A stretch of 62,004 nt of DNA from Candidatus Levybacteria bacterium RIFCSPHIGHO2_01_FULL_36_15 (GCA_001782015.1 MFNJ01000048.1:1-62004), one strand, 5' to 3'. Shown: positions 39,125 through 49,753, counted from the first letter of the stretch. The notes: generated by a model not told the origin, from the letters alone. Made by a program: numbers and translations.

Positions 39125-39937
39125 TTATTTATTTAAATTAAGAATTGTTTTTCCTTTGGCTATTTCTCCAATTTTTAACCTGAGATTTTTATCATTATCA
39201 TTTATGGGAAAACCCAATCTTGTATCTTTTGTGGAAATTGCCTGTATTTCAACTGGATCGTTATGAATATCAGCGGCAAACCAGTCGTTTTTGTTATTTG
39301 AAGAAAGCCTGACATAATCTCTTGCGTTAACCTGGAAATTCTGGTTACTACCGTTTTTTAATTTCAGATTAACTATTAAAAAAGTTTTCCCTTTAACAGC
39401 TCTTGCGATTTGCCCTCTGACAACTATTTCATCCTGAATTTCAACAGATTCTATGGAGTATTTAATTGTTAAATCCTGCCCGTTTATGCTTTTTATACTA
39501 AATGCAAATTCTTTATTTATCTGCTGCTTTGACTTTGGACCGGGAATCTGAACTCTATTATCAGATACTCCAAAACTTAAAACATTTGTTCCTATAAAAC
39601 CATTCAAGGCACTCATCCTACCGGCTAAAAAAGATGAAAGCAGAAGTAGTACCGCTAAAATAGACAATAAGAATTTTTTAGTTATTAACTTGAAAAGGAG
39701 AAAGTGTTTAACGTTTGATTTTCTTTTTTCATTTACGGCAGGATTTGTAAGAGGATGTGATTGCGAATTAACATATGGTTCGCTCCGCCAGTTAGCAGAC
39801 TGTGGAGAAGATGAAGCTAGTAAATTATCGGAAACATCAGGTTTATTCAGCCCAGTATGATTGAATTTTGAGGAAGAAAAAAAATATATTGGCTTTAGAA
39901 AAATACTTAAAATATATCTGTTAATAAATGCTTTCAT
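39125..39937 (-). CDS. membrane-anchored protein with a DUF4352-like C-terminal domain
   Basis: TM helix, GKTFLIVNLKLKN, APD-like AADIHNDPVEIQAISTK. Confidence 0.6.
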   Translation of the reverse strand: MKAFINRYILSIFLKPIYFFSSSKFNHTGLNKPDVSDNLLASSSPQSANWRSEPYVNSQSHPLTNPAVNEKRKSNVKHFLLFKLITKKFLLSILAVLLLLSSFLAGRMSALNGFIGTNVLSFGVSDNRVQIPGPKSKQQINKEFAFSIKSINGQDLTIKYSIESVEIQDEIVVRGQIARAVKGKTFLIVNLKLKNGSNQNFQVNARDYVRLSSNNKNDWFAADIHNDPVEIQAISTKDTRLGFPINDNDKNLRLKIGEIAKGKTILNLNK

Positions 39938-40404
39938 ATTTTACTGCTAATATACATTATATTAATTGTTGTATTTTTTTCCGTCGTCCTTTTAGAAATT
40001 TCCACATTTATTTGATTTTTTCCATCAGAGGCTACCAGTTTATTAAATGTGTTGTCTTTTGTCTGTTTTTTAACTGATTTCTGAATAGTCATATTCAAAT
40101 TTTGCAGTTTTTTCTTATACCAATTTGTTATTACATTTATATTATCTCCGCTTTGCAAAACCATTGCATTATTACTTCTGTCAACCAAAACGGATCCTTG
40201 ATATTTAAAGCCGGAAAGATATTTAGAAAAATCAGATGCAATAATACCAGTTGATTTAGACATTAAGGAAATATTCGTGTAATTTAACGCATAAGAAGCA
40301 GAGAATTCATCGCTTTCTAACTTTATTATTTTCAGCTTACGGGAGAAAAGAATGGCAGATGCCAACACAATCAAAACAATAAATAAAGACATTTTAACTT
40401 TCAT
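39934..40404 (-). CDS. hypothetical exported protein
   Basis: N-terminal hydrophobic helix; the MKVKMSL start is preferred over 40494. Confidence 0.55.
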   Translation of the reverse strand: MKVKMSLFIVLIVLASAILFSRKLKIIKLESDEFSASYALNYTNISLMSKSTGIIASDFSKYLSGFKYQGSVLVDRSNNAMVLQSGDNINVITNWYKKKLQNLNMTIQKSVKKQTKDNTFNKLVASDGKNQINVEISKRTTEKNTTINIMYISSKI

Positions 40405-40498
40405 GAATAAACTTTCTTTAGCTACTAATCTATTATCTGGATATAAGAAGCAAGCAAAAAAAATGTAAGAAAAAAGAAAGAAAAGAAATGACAATCTA

Positions 40499-40831
40499 TT
40501 AAAATATTTTTTGGAGAAAAAAATTTATTATGGAAAGAACAAGGCTAAAAAGGAGCGCCCACCCAAAATTATCTACCTTAAAGTTTGAAACTATAGCGCT
40601 TACTAGAAGAATTATAGCCGCATTAATAATTAATGTAAAAAGCCCCAACGTCAAAATATTTATTGGTAGAGTTAAAACGAGCAAAACTGGCTTGACAGTA
40701 ACATTAATTATACCAAGAATTAATGCAACTATTAGGGCTGTTAAAAAATCCTTAACGTGAACACCTGGTAGTAAGTATGCAGTTACCAAAACTGCAGCTC
40801 CGCTTATTACCCAGCTAATCAATAAACTCAT
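40499..40831 (-). CDS. YvlD/DUF360 (phage-holin-like) 4-TM membrane protein
   Basis: VKPVLLVLTLPINILTLGLFTLIINA. Confidence 0.88.
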   Translation of the reverse strand: MSLLISWVISGAAVLVTAYLLPGVHVKDFLTALIVALILGIINVTVKPVLLVLTLPINILTLGLFTLIINAAIILLVSAIVSNFKVDNFGWALLFSLVLSIINFFLQKIF

Positions 40832-40885
40832 ATTCTAGATAATACTAAGATTTCACCACTAAATCAAGAATGCTCAGAGAATCCA

Positions 40886-41035
40886 TCATCTTGATTCACC
40901 TTTTTTATAACTGGGTACAACAAGAAGTAGCCATATGGAAAGAAGAGCAAAAGGAATCATGTCTGAAGGTATGATTCTGTTTAAAATCAGAAGCACAAAT
41001 TCTGCGATTATCAGTACCACAAGAAAACGCTTCAT
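40886..41035 (-). CDS. 49-aa small membrane protein
   Basis: SD GGGAGGTG; MKRFLVVLIIAEFVLLILNRIIPSDMIPFALLSIWLLLVVPSYKKGESR has two hydrophobic segments. Not in the ORF track. Confidence 0.6.
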   Translation of the reverse strand: MKRFLVVLIIAEFVLLILNRIIPSDMIPFALLSIWLLLVVPSYKKGESR

Positions 41036-41151
41036 TTCTTCTACACCTCCCAGACAACTATATTCTGTCGAGAAATAATGATAATAATGTAAGATGACTG
41101 TAAGAGGAATGTAATTAAATGTGCAATAGTATTTGGGAATATTTTAAATTA

Positions 41152-41619
41152 TTAGCGGGAAGATTTTTTTACTACTTTTGCTATATTAATAATCTCTCTG
41201 AGCTCTCCGTCTTCGCCCTCAATAACATTTGCACCCGACAATCTTTGGTATTCCTGTAAATAATCAGACAACTCCGTCTGAAGTTCTTTAATATCGGACT
41301 TCATATTCTTTATCTGGTTGGCAACTGTCATGACTGTGGGACGTCTCAAGATTTGCTGCCGAGTCTCTGCTTTTACTTTATTTGCTTCCTTGGCTTTTTC
41401 CGAGTGATCGGCAAATGTAGGATCATTTAAGAATATGCTATCAAGCGTTTCTTTATGTTTTTTTATTTCTATATACAATCTCTCTATGCTGGAAATATGA
41501 CTTTTAATTGAATCTTCAAGATTTACGAGTACTACACCGTTATTTTGAGTTGTGCCGGAAGCTTGTGAATCAACAATTTCTCCCTCCTGAATTTTATCGT
41601 CAATGTTTGGCTCATCCAT
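41152..41619 (-). CDS. hypothetical coiled-coil protein
   Basis: Long helical ORF ending LSDYLQEYQRLSGANVIEGEDGE. Confidence 0.7.
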   Translation of the reverse strand: MDEPNIDDKIQEGEIVDSQASGTTQNNGVVLVNLEDSIKSHISSIERLYIEIKKHKETLDSIFLNDPTFADHSEKAKEANKVKAETRQQILRRPTVMTVANQIKNMKSDIKELQTELSDYLQEYQRLSGANVIEGEDGELREIINIAKVVKKSSR

Positions 41620-41661
41620 ATTCTTTAAACTACTATACAAAAATTTCACTTATTAAATCAA

Positions 41662-41802
41662 GAGGCATTTTGGGCACTTATCCCGTTACGACACGTAGGT
41701 CATCCCGAATTTATTTCGGGATCTCGGATCTAAGATCATCGAGATGCTGAAACAAGTTCAGCATGACGCTTACATGTTTTCAAGGGATAAGTGAGGCATT
41801 TT
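41662..41802. mobile_element. MITE-like element containing a double-hairpin palindromic repeat
   Basis: Direct repeats GAGGCATTTT (41662-41671, 41793-41802), inverted repeats CACTTATCCC/GGGATAAGTG, and core GTCATCCCGAATTTATTTCGGGATCT...AGATGCTGAAACAAGTTCAGCATGAC. Confidence 0.7.
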
Positions 41803-41865
41803 TTATACCTTCAGTTATCAATAGACAAATTTATTAACAGGTGCTAAACTTAAATTATAAAGACA

Positions 41866-43155
41866 ATGAAAATAACAGATATCCGCTCCAGGCAAATACT
41901 GGACTCCAGAGGAAATCCGACAGTTGAAACCGAAGTAAAACTAGAAAACGATATTGTTGGCCGCGCATCAGTTCCCTCAGGTGCTTCAACCGGAAGCAAT
42001 GAAGCAGTTGAATTAAGAGACAAGGACCCAAAAGTGTATGGCGGTCTTGGTGTTTTGACAGCAGTAAGAAATGTGAGTACTATTATTGCTGAAAAAATTA
42101 GGGGTTTTGAGGCGGAAAATCAGGACGTGCTTGACAGCGCACTAATTGATCTTGATGGAACAGTAAATAAAAGCAATCTTGGAGCAAATGCGACTCTCTC
42201 AGTGTCTCTTGCGGCAGCTTGTGCGGCTGCTCTTAACAGTAAATTTCAGCTGTTTGAATACATAGGAAATCTTGCAGGAAACACCAACTATCTCTTGCCT
42301 ATTCCCTTATTTAATATCATAAACGGCGGAAAACACGCGGCTTCATCAACAGACATACAGGAATATATGATTATGCCTATCGGCGCAAAAACTTTTAGCG
42401 ATGCCTTGAGAATGGGATCTGAAGTTTTCCATTGTCTTTCTAAAGTCTTAGCGGAAAATGGATACGCAACAACTGTGGGAGATGAAGGAGGTTTTGCGCC
42501 TCACGTTAAAAATGGAAATAGAGAAGCATTAGATCTTATCAGTGAAGCTATTGTAAAATCCGGCTATAATTTGGGGGTAGATTTGGCTTTTGCTTTGGAT
42601 AGCGCATCATCAGAGTTGTTTGAAGACGGGAAGTATCACCTGGAAACTGAAAAGAGAGAGCTTTCAAGCGAGGAAATGATTGGATGGTATGAAAACCTGG
42701 CAAAATATTATCCGGTTGTCTCAATTGAGGACGGAATCGCTGAAACCCAGTGGCCATCCTGGATTAGCCTGACGGAAAAGCTGGGAAATAGAATCCAACT
42801 TGTGGGAGATGACCTTCTTGTAACAAATACTAAATTCTTAAAACAAGCCATAGATGTAAAAGCAGCAAATGCAATTCTTATTAAGCCTAATCAAATCGGA
42901 ACGCTTACTGAAACAATCAATGCCGTAAAAATGGCAAAAAACGCAGGCTGGAACACAATTATTTCTCACAGGTCGGGTGAGACAGAAGACACAACCATTG
43001 CTCATCTTGCCGTGGGTTTGTCAACCGGGCAAATTAAAACCGGATCGCTTTGCCGCATGGAAAGAATTGCAAAATATAATGAGCTTTTAAGAATAGAAGA
43101 AAAGTTAGGAAATAAAGCCAAATACGCTGAATTCAAAATCCCGCAACTGCTATAA
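41866..43155 (+). CDS. eno: enolase
   Basis: [42 protein letters not shown]. Confidence 0.98.
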   Translation: MKITDIRSRQILDSRGNPTVETEVKLENDIVGRASVPSGASTGSNEAVELRDKDPKVYGGLGVLTAVRNVSTIIAEKIRGFEAENQDVLDSALIDLDGTVNKSNLGANATLSVSLAAACAAALNSKFQLFEYIGNLAGNTNYLLPIPLFNIINGGKHAASSTDIQEYMIMPIGAKTFSDALRMGSEVFHCLSKVLAENGYATTVGDEGGFAPHVKNGNREALDLISEAIVKSGYNLGVDLAFALDSASSELFEDGKYHLETEKRELSSEEMIGWYENLAKYYPVVSIEDGIAETQWPSWISLTEKLGNRIQLVGDDLLVTNTKFLKQAIDVKAANAILIKPNQIGTLTETINAVKMAKNAGWNTIISHRSGETEDTTIAHLAVGLSTGQIKTGSLCRMERIAKYNELLRIEEKLGNKAKYAEFKIPQLL

Positions 43156-43292
43156 TTTCTTCTGCCGTAAGGCAAGCAATACTTAACCCAACAGGAATAT
43201 TGTAATATATAAATGCACCACGGATTATATATGAATATGAAATATTATGGGATCTTGACAACCAAAACGGGAGATTTATACTCTAAGTATAC

Positions 43293-43583
43293 ATGCCAAA
43301 CTCTTCAAGCAAAACGGTTTTTCTGGCTTTAGTTGCTGTTGTGGTTATGCTTTTGGCCGCATTTATTGTTATCAAAAATCAAAAAGAGCTACAGCCGATC
43401 GCACCCAGTACAAGCAATATTATTCCCAAGCAGGAGTCAAGTAAACCCCCTCAAACAGGAAATGATGACACGCAGCTTGATAAGGATCTGAATAACATTG
43501 ACAACAATATAAGTTCTTTGGAGACGGATACCAGTACCGTAGACCAAGGCTTAAATGACCAGCCGGTTGATCTTAGCCAATAA
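43293..43583 (+). CDS. small membrane-anchored hypothetical protein
   Basis: N-terminal TM and acidic tail; TTGACA-17-TATACT promoter upstream. Confidence 0.7.
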   Translation: MPNSSSKTVFLALVAVVVMLLAAFIVIKNQKELQPIAPSTSNIIPKQESSKPPQTGNDDTQLDKDLNNIDNNISSLETDTSTVDQGLNDQPVDLSQ

Positions 43584-43584
43584 T

Positions 43585-44352
43585 ATGAAAAAAACTTTAT
43601 TCTTGATTGTATTACTTTTAATTATGCTTAGTGCATCAAGCACAACCGCATTATATGCTCAAAATACAACTGCTTCTCCTACCGGTACGGGAATCAAAAA
43701 CAACGTTGGACAGGAACAACAAATAACTAATCTAAAGCAAAGAGCAGACAAAGAAATTACAAGAAGAGTGACTTCCTTAAATAACCTTCTGAAAAAATTA
43801 AATACAATGAAAAGGCTTACAGACCAGCAGAGATCAAATTTCTCTTCGCAGATTCAAACGGAAATATCCAATTTAAACAACCTGAAAATAAAAATAGACG
43901 GTGATACAGACCTTACAACCCTTAGAGCAGACGTAAAATCCATAGTTGCTTCTTACAGGGTTTACGCTTTATTCATTCCACAGATTCGCTTATTTGCGGC
44001 AGCCGGCAAAACGACAAATATTGCTGATCAGATGAGCTTACTTGCCGGAAAGCTTCAGACAAGAATTCAAAACGCAAGCGCGCAGGGTAAAAATGTAACG
44101 GCACTTCAGACAACTCTTTCTGATATGCAGACAAAAATCGCGGACGCAAAAACGCAGTCGCAAAACGTCATGAAAACTGTAGTGGTTCTTTCTCCTGCAG
44201 GTTACCCTGCAAATAAAACAGTTCTTTTGGATGCAAGAGCTATTTTAAAAACAGCTCACCAGGATCTGGTTCTGGCCAGAAAAGACGCAGGAACAATAGT
44301 TAAGCAACTAAAATCTCTTAATACGTCTGCATCTCCCACCAAAGCTTTGTAA
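43585..44352 (+). CDS. secreted alpha-helical coiled-coil protein
   Basis: Signal peptide MKKTLFLIVLLL and a helical body. Confidence 0.75.
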   Translation: MKKTLFLIVLLLIMLSASSTTALYAQNTTASPTGTGIKNNVGQEQQITNLKQRADKEITRRVTSLNNLLKKLNTMKRLTDQQRSNFSSQIQTEISNLNNLKIKIDGDTDLTTLRADVKSIVASYRVYALFIPQIRLFAAAGKTTNIADQMSLLAGKLQTRIQNASAQGKNVTALQTTLSDMQTKIADAKTQSQNVMKTVVVLSPAGYPANKTVLLDARAILKTAHQDLVLARKDAGTIVKQLKSLNTSASPTKAL

Positions 44353-44499
44353 TTTTAATAATTCTTGTTTTAGTTTACTTGGTGTTCTTTGAATTTCTTA
44401 AAAATAAATTTGCAAAGGGTATAGATCTGCCAGTTGATCAATAAATTTTCATTTAGTATGATATACATGGATTTATCTTTTAAAGGGAACTTATTAATT

Positions 44500-45213
44500 A
44501 TGCAAATCAGCGTCATCATTCCTGCCTTTAATGAAGAAAAGTACATAGAAGATTGTTTAAAAATACTGGCCACAAACCTTCCTAAAGAGGTTATTGAGAT
44601 AATAGTTGTTGATAATGCAAGCACAGACCAAACCTCAGAGATTGCAAAAAAATTTAGAAAAGTAAGAGTGGTCAGGGAAGATGAAAAAGGATTAACCAAA
44701 GCAAGGCAAAAAGGGCTACTTGAAGCAAAAGGCGACCTTCTTGCTTATGTTGATGCTGATACTCAAATTTCAACTAACTGGTTTGATGAAATAAAAAAAG
44801 AATTTTCTGAAGATAATAATGTTGTGTGTTTAAGCGGCCCGAATTATTTATTGGGAGTAAACCACCTCAATAAAGTATTTGTAAGGCTTTACTGGAATTT
44901 AATTGCTATGCCCGGATACAACATAACTGGCCATATTGTTAACGGTGCAAATTTTGTGGCAAAAAAAGAAGCACTTTATAAAATAGGCGGATTTGATACA
45001 AAAATCGCTTTTTATGGAGAGGATGTTGACATAGGAAAAAGAATTAGCAAAATCGGGAAGATGAAATTTTCCAAGAATTTAATAGTATTCTCGTCAGCAA
45101 GAAGATTTCAATCGGAAGGTTTTTTACGAGTTGGAATAAAATACGTAGCAAATTATTTATCAGAAGTATTATTACATAAGCCCATCACTAAAAAATACAA
45201 AGACATAAGATGA
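44500..45213 (+). CDS. GT2 glycosyltransferase
   Basis: ISVIIPAFNEE, VDNASTD, DAD, YGEDVD, SARRF. Confidence 0.9.
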   Translation: MQISVIIPAFNEEKYIEDCLKILATNLPKEVIEIIVVDNASTDQTSEIAKKFRKVRVVREDEKGLTKARQKGLLEAKGDLLAYVDADTQISTNWFDEIKKEFSEDNNVVCLSGPNYLLGVNHLNKVFVRLYWNLIAMPGYNITGHIVNGANFVAKKEALYKIGGFDTKIAFYGEDVDIGKRISKIGKMKFSKNLIVFSSARRFQSEGFLRVGIKYVANYLSEVLLHKPITKKYKDIR

Positions 45214-45599
45214 CGGTTATAAAAAGCAAGCAAATTAAAGGCAAAGGAAGAGGAAAAAAAATAGGGTTTCCCACTATAAATCTTGAAATTCCGGAAAATC
45301 TTGAGCTTTCAAGCGGAATTTATGCCGCAAGAGTAAAAATAGATCAAAAAATATTTCTGGCAGCTTTACATTTTGGGCCTGTTCCAACATTTGCGGAAGA
45401 GAAAAAAAGTCTGGAAATATTTTTAATTGATGCAGACCCCAAAAACTTTCCTCAAACTCAAAACAGGCAGATAGAAGTTAATGTGATAACAAGAGTAAGA
45501 GAAGTAAAAAAGTTCAACAGCATAAAAGATCTCAGAAATCAAATCGAATCAGACGTTAAAATTATTAAAAACATGCTTATTGAATCTCTCAATCACTAA
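45210..45599 (+). CDS. stand-alone riboflavin kinase
   Basis: GRGKKIGFPTINL, GIYAA, PTF, REVKKF; no FAD synthetase domain. Confidence 0.85.
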   Translation: MTVIKSKQIKGKGRGKKIGFPTINLEIPENLELSSGIYAARVKIDQKIFLAALHFGPVPTFAEEKKSLEIFLIDADPKNFPQTQNRQIEVNVITRVREVKKFNSIKDLRNQIESDVKIIKNMLIESLNH

Positions 45600-45609
45600 A
45601 CATTTCTTC

Positions 45610-47292
45610 CTATTGGATTTTTACGGGCAAGTTATTTTTCATTTGATCATAAACGTATTTTGTTATTATATCGTCTGAAATTGTATTTGCTCTTTTTCCG
45701 GCAATAAGAGCATCTTTCTTATTTCCCAGTTTGTACTCAGAAATTGCCAAATACAGCCAAAGCCTTACAGAATCAGGGTAATCGGAAACCGCAGCTTTAG
45801 TGAGGTTCCGTGCTTTATTATCGTTTCCCTGAACAATAAGAATTTCCGCAAGATTTGCGTAAGTTAGTTCATAGTGCTTATGGCTTGTATCAAGGTTATA
45901 ATTTTTTGCGCCAAGAGCTTTTTCATAAATATTTCTCGCGCTTTCTAAATCTCCAAGCTTTTGATAAGCTATTCCAAGATTTGTAAGGTTTGTTTCATAG
46001 GGCAGTGTAGCCACAGATTTTTCAAGATAAGTTTTGGCTTCTTTATATTTTCCATCCAGAATAAGCTCAGCGCCCAACGCGTTTTCTATATCATAATTAT
46101 CCTCTATTTTTATGTCATGCGAAAACAAAGTACTAGCAGTCTGCCAGTTGGAATTCCTGATTATAGTCCGTAGGCCAAACAAAATCAGAATAATTATAAG
46201 TGATGAAAAGAAAATCCTGTTGAATCTAATACTTAACTTCTCAGCTAAAATACCCAGTGTTCCTATTAGACCCACCATAGCAAAATAAAACCATCTATCA
46301 GCCACTGTCATGTCAAGAGCAACAATTTGCGTGTAAGGTAAAATTCCCACTAAAAACCAGATCAAGAAAAAGATTAATTTTTTGCTTTTATGATTATCCA
46401 CCAAATGTAGCCTTACAGTAAAATAGAATAAAACGGAGAAGAAAAAAAATAAAACAAAAAGCGGAAGATAAAAATTTGTCAGATTAATTTTAGTCACTAT
46501 CCAAAGCTGGTCAACCGAAAGAGTAATTGGAAAGAAAAATGTTTTTAAGTAATAAAATAATACAGCAGGCACATTGATCATCCGCTCCCAAAAAGAAAGC
46601 CTCATAATGGGTATTGAATAAACGTTTATAAGCTCAAAACCGTGTAACAGCCATCTTACAAATATATAAATAGCAAGCGTCATGAAAGATGCAAGACAGA
46701 AATATAAAAATTTTATTCTGTTAAAAATAAATCTGTAAATAAGTATCAAAAGCAAAAAAACTATACCGGTTTCTTTTGTAAATAAAGACAAAAGAATAAA
46801 TAGATAAATAAAAATTAATGAGGTAATTTTGGGATTATCTTTAACAGCTTTTAAAAATGCAATCGCTCCAAAAACAAAATAAACCTCACTGACGGATGAG
46901 CTAATATATGAAACAGACTCAACATTCATGGGATGAACAAGAAAAATAAGGGAAAGAAAAAAAGAAATTTTTTCTTTCATAAATTTTCTGAAAATAATAA
47001 AAACCAAATATACACTCAAAATATGAAGTACTAATTGAAAAAGATGATAGTAAAAAGCATTTTGGCCAAAAAGAGTGTATAAAGCAGAAAAATATATAGC
47101 AGATATAGGTTTGTAATACGAACCGTAATTAAAATAGTTTTTTCCAAAAAGCTTTAAAACATTAAAAGAGTAAAGATCGGGATTTCCAATAATAAAAACT
47201 TTATCATCCCAAACAAAATTATTAAAAAGGGCATTAGCAAAAACCAAAAAACCAACAAAAAAAAATATTAATATATATTTTTTATTTGACAT
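45610..47292 (-). CDS. TMTC-like GT-C membrane protein with C-terminal TPR repeats
   Basis: FVWDD, YYKP, VHPMNVESV, KE, ADRWFY, RN..W, then TPR helices. Confidence 0.8.
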   Translation of the reverse strand: MSNKKYILIFFFVGFLVFANALFNNFVWDDKVFIIGNPDLYSFNVLKLFGKNYFNYGSYYKPISAIYFSALYTLFGQNAFYYHLFQLVLHILSVYLVFIIFRKFMKEKISFFLSLIFLVHPMNVESVSYISSSVSEVYFVFGAIAFLKAVKDNPKITSLIFIYLFILLSLFTKETGIVFLLLILIYRFIFNRIKFLYFCLASFMTLAIYIFVRWLLHGFELINVYSIPIMRLSFWERMINVPAVLFYYLKTFFFPITLSVDQLWIVTKINLTNFYLPLFVLFFFFSVLFYFTVRLHLVDNHKSKKLIFFLIWFLVGILPYTQIVALDMTVADRWFYFAMVGLIGTLGILAEKLSIRFNRIFFSSLIIILILFGLRTIIRNSNWQTASTLFSHDIKIEDNYDIENALGAELILDGKYKEAKTYLEKSVATLPYETNLTNLGIAYQKLGDLESARNIYEKALGAKNYNLDTSHKHYELTYANLAEILIVQGNDNKARNLTKAAVSDYPDSVRLWLYLAISEYKLGNKKDALIAGKRANTISDDIITKYVYDQMKNNLPVKIQ

Positions 47293-47384
47293 AGTTTGAT
47301 TTTTTAATCATAACTCTTTCTGGTATCTTTTCCAAGACCTGAATCTGCCTTTAAGTATTTTTGTATTTGTGATAAATTAAACTC

Positions 47385-48182
47385 ATGAATCTGTTTCTAA
47401 AATTGCCAAAGGGACAAATGGTTTTGTTTTTATTTTTCATAGCATTAAGCGCTTTGATAGAACATCCTAAATTATTAAACTTTTATATAATTTTTGCTTC
47501 GGTTTTATTTACTATTTTTTTTGATCTCTTGTTTACATACTTCCGCAGCAAGAAATTATTTGTACCTTACGCAGCAATTGTGACTGGAATTATAACCGGC
47601 CTTATCGTAAATTCCAGCCTTTCTCTATATCAAATACCTTTGGTCTGCGCGCTTTCAATGGGTATTAAAAATTTCGCAAGAGTAGGGAACAGGCATATTT
47701 TTAATCCTGCCGGGAGCGGACTTGTTTTTGGATCAATAATTCTAGGTACTCATATCTCCTGGTGGGCAGTATCTTTTCAGAACATTTTTTCTCTTCAAGC
47801 AAAATATATCTTTTCATTCTTATTGCTTCTTGCTCCAGTATTTGTATCTGGATTAAAAATGAAAAGATATTACGCCATTCTTTCTTTTTTGACGTTATAT
47901 ACAATTTTTTCACAGATTGTGAGTTTAAAAAGTTTTTCAGGAGAATCTTTTTTAAATACATTTTTTGATCCGACAGTTCTTTTTTTCTCAATAGTTATGC
48001 TCCCTGAGCCTATGACCTCTCCTGTAAATTCAAAAAGGCAGATATTATACGCTGGATTTGTGGCTTTGATCTCCCAATTAATATCTTTGCCGATTTTGGG
48101 AAATTCAATTATTCAAACTATTCCTGATCCTTTAGTCTCTGCTTTGCTGCTGGGGAATCTGGTTTTTTTCAAATATAGATAA
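47385..48182 (+). CDS. RnfD/NqrB-like membrane protein
   Basis: HIFNPA, WW and MLPEPMTSP motifs; polytopic. Confidence 0.75.
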   Translation: MNLFLKLPKGQMVLFLFFIALSALIEHPKLLNFYIIFASVLFTIFFDLLFTYFRSKKLFVPYAAIVTGIITGLIVNSSLSLYQIPLVCALSMGIKNFARVGNRHIFNPAGSGLVFGSIILGTHISWWAVSFQNIFSLQAKYIFSFLLLLAPVFVSGLKMKRYYAILSFLTLYTIFSQIVSLKSFSGESFLNTFFDPTVLFFSIVMLPEPMTSPVNSKRQILYAGFVALISQLISLPILGNSIIQTIPDPLVSALLLGNLVFFKYR

Positions 48183-48227
48183 AAAGCTAAAAGTGCAAAA
48201 CTTGTTTTTGATTTTTTATCTTTAATT

Positions 48228-48656
48228 TTATTTGGTCCTGACTGGGGTTTTAAAATCAGGCGCAAGTACATGTTCAGTCATTTGGTCTGCTGCTTTTGCT
48301 GCTTGCATTCCGGGATTATAATAAAAAGTATCAAAAAATATTTTCATGCTCTGATTAACCGGAGAAAAGGGAAACCAAAAATTTATGCCGGCATGATTTA
48401 TCTGCTGCATTAACTTAACAAAACTTTGAGCAGGTCCCGGTTTTACCGTTTTTGCTTCTTCATCTTGAATTGCCGGCTGAGCAAGACCTTTTATTGTTTC
48501 TCCAGGAATATTGTTGAAAATTCCCCGGTTGTTGAGCCAAGCAATAAACCCCAAATGTAATTCCCTGCCTGACTTGCAATCATCCACCCATTCGGTTATC
48601 TTTTTCTCCTTTAAAGATAACAGCCTGCTTTTTTCAGATTCAGACAGAGCAACCAT
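48228..48656 (-). CDS. hypothetical protein
   Basis: 142-aa ORF filling an intergenic gap. Confidence 0.6.
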   Translation of the reverse strand: MVALSESEKSRLLSLKEKKITEWVDDCKSGRELHLGFIAWLNNRGIFNNIPGETIKGLAQPAIQDEEAKTVKPGPAQSFVKLMQQINHAGINFWFPFSPVNQSMKIFFDTFYYNPGMQAAKAADQMTEHVLAPDFKTPVRTK

Positions 48657-48854
48657 AAATTCGGTATATCACCAAAAAATTCAAATGTCAAACGCCAGCT
48701 TGGTTATCTGTGTACTCATAAAAATTATATTGATCAACCAATTTTATAAAATTATGAATTAAATGAAGTTACATGGGCAAACGTCCATATATCTCTTTCT
48801 TCTAAGATATAATACCTTTCGAATTCCGTCAAAGAATAGAAGAAGGATGAGATG

Positions 48855-49628
48855 TTACTGATCTATTATCCACAAGGTAAATGGAGAATTCTTTGTTGGA
48901 CGTGAATAATCGACAAGGGCATTTCTTTCATTAGTAAATAAATCATTAAAGAATTTATCAGGAGTGGTACCGCCTTCTCCTCCAGCCAATCTTTCCTTTC
49001 CTGCTTTTTTTATTTCCTTGCATGCGGAATAAAATTCCGTAAGTATTTTATATGTCTCATCAGAGGAAAAACGATTCGGATCATATTCCTCACAATCCTC
49101 ATTTGCAATTATATGAAGAGGCACTCCGTCTATTTTTTCCATAAAAACGAAAGCTTGAGGTCTTGCTTTTTTATCTAATCGTTCTACGATTCCGTAATTT
49201 TTAGGCATTCTGACGCATCCTCCCACAAACTGTTCACAAAGCAAGCGACTCGCCTCCATTCTTACAAACTGTTCGTAAGCGCTCCCAATCCATACAAAGC
49301 CAACCTCTTTTATAACAAACTGGTCGCTTCCATCCAAGTTATACACTCGGCCTTCAGCATGACCGCCAAGATGTTGGCCTCTATTTCCTTTTTTGTATTT
49401 ATTTACCATTTGAAAAACATCTCCTGTAAGTGATCTTCCCTCAGATGTTAAAGTTATTCTGTTTTCAGAAGTATAAAATCGTCTCCAGACAATTTTATCA
49501 GGGTTTTGAGCATTAAAGCTATTTACATCCCGCTGTCCAACAAAAATTTTCCCATCCTCAAAACGAAATGGTTCGATATGCCTGCTTGATAGCACCAAGC
49601 TTCTCTCGGCTCTTTCTGCAACAACCAT
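48855..49628 (-). CDS. divergent protein-kinase-like fold protein
   Basis: LGGHAEGRVY, VIKE, FMEKIDG, NDL..N, IID. Confidence 0.5.
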   Translation of the reverse strand: MVVAERAERSLVLSSRHIEPFRFEDGKIFVGQRDVNSFNAQNPDKIVWRRFYTSENRITLTSEGRSLTGDVFQMVNKYKKGNRGQHLGGHAEGRVYNLDGSDQFVIKEVGFVWIGSAYEQFVRMEASRLLCEQFVGGCVRMPKNYGIVERLDKKARPQAFVFMEKIDGVPLHIIANEDCEEYDPNRFSSDETYKILTEFYSACKEIKKAGKERLAGGEGGTTPDKFFNDLFTNERNALVDYSRPTKNSPFTLWIIDQ

Positions 49629-49753
49629 ACCAGCAGTATTGTAAACCTATAGTGTTGTATTGTCAAGTTCGCTATATTTTAGTATAGCAGGTTTCATCAA
49701 AGCGGAAGATATTTCTAGACAGCAGTTGGGAAAATTGTTCTTATAATTTAAAG

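Noticed and set aside
40499..40831. Prophage, suggested by the holin-family protein
   Set aside because: This family is a common chromosomal membrane protein and no phage genes flank it.
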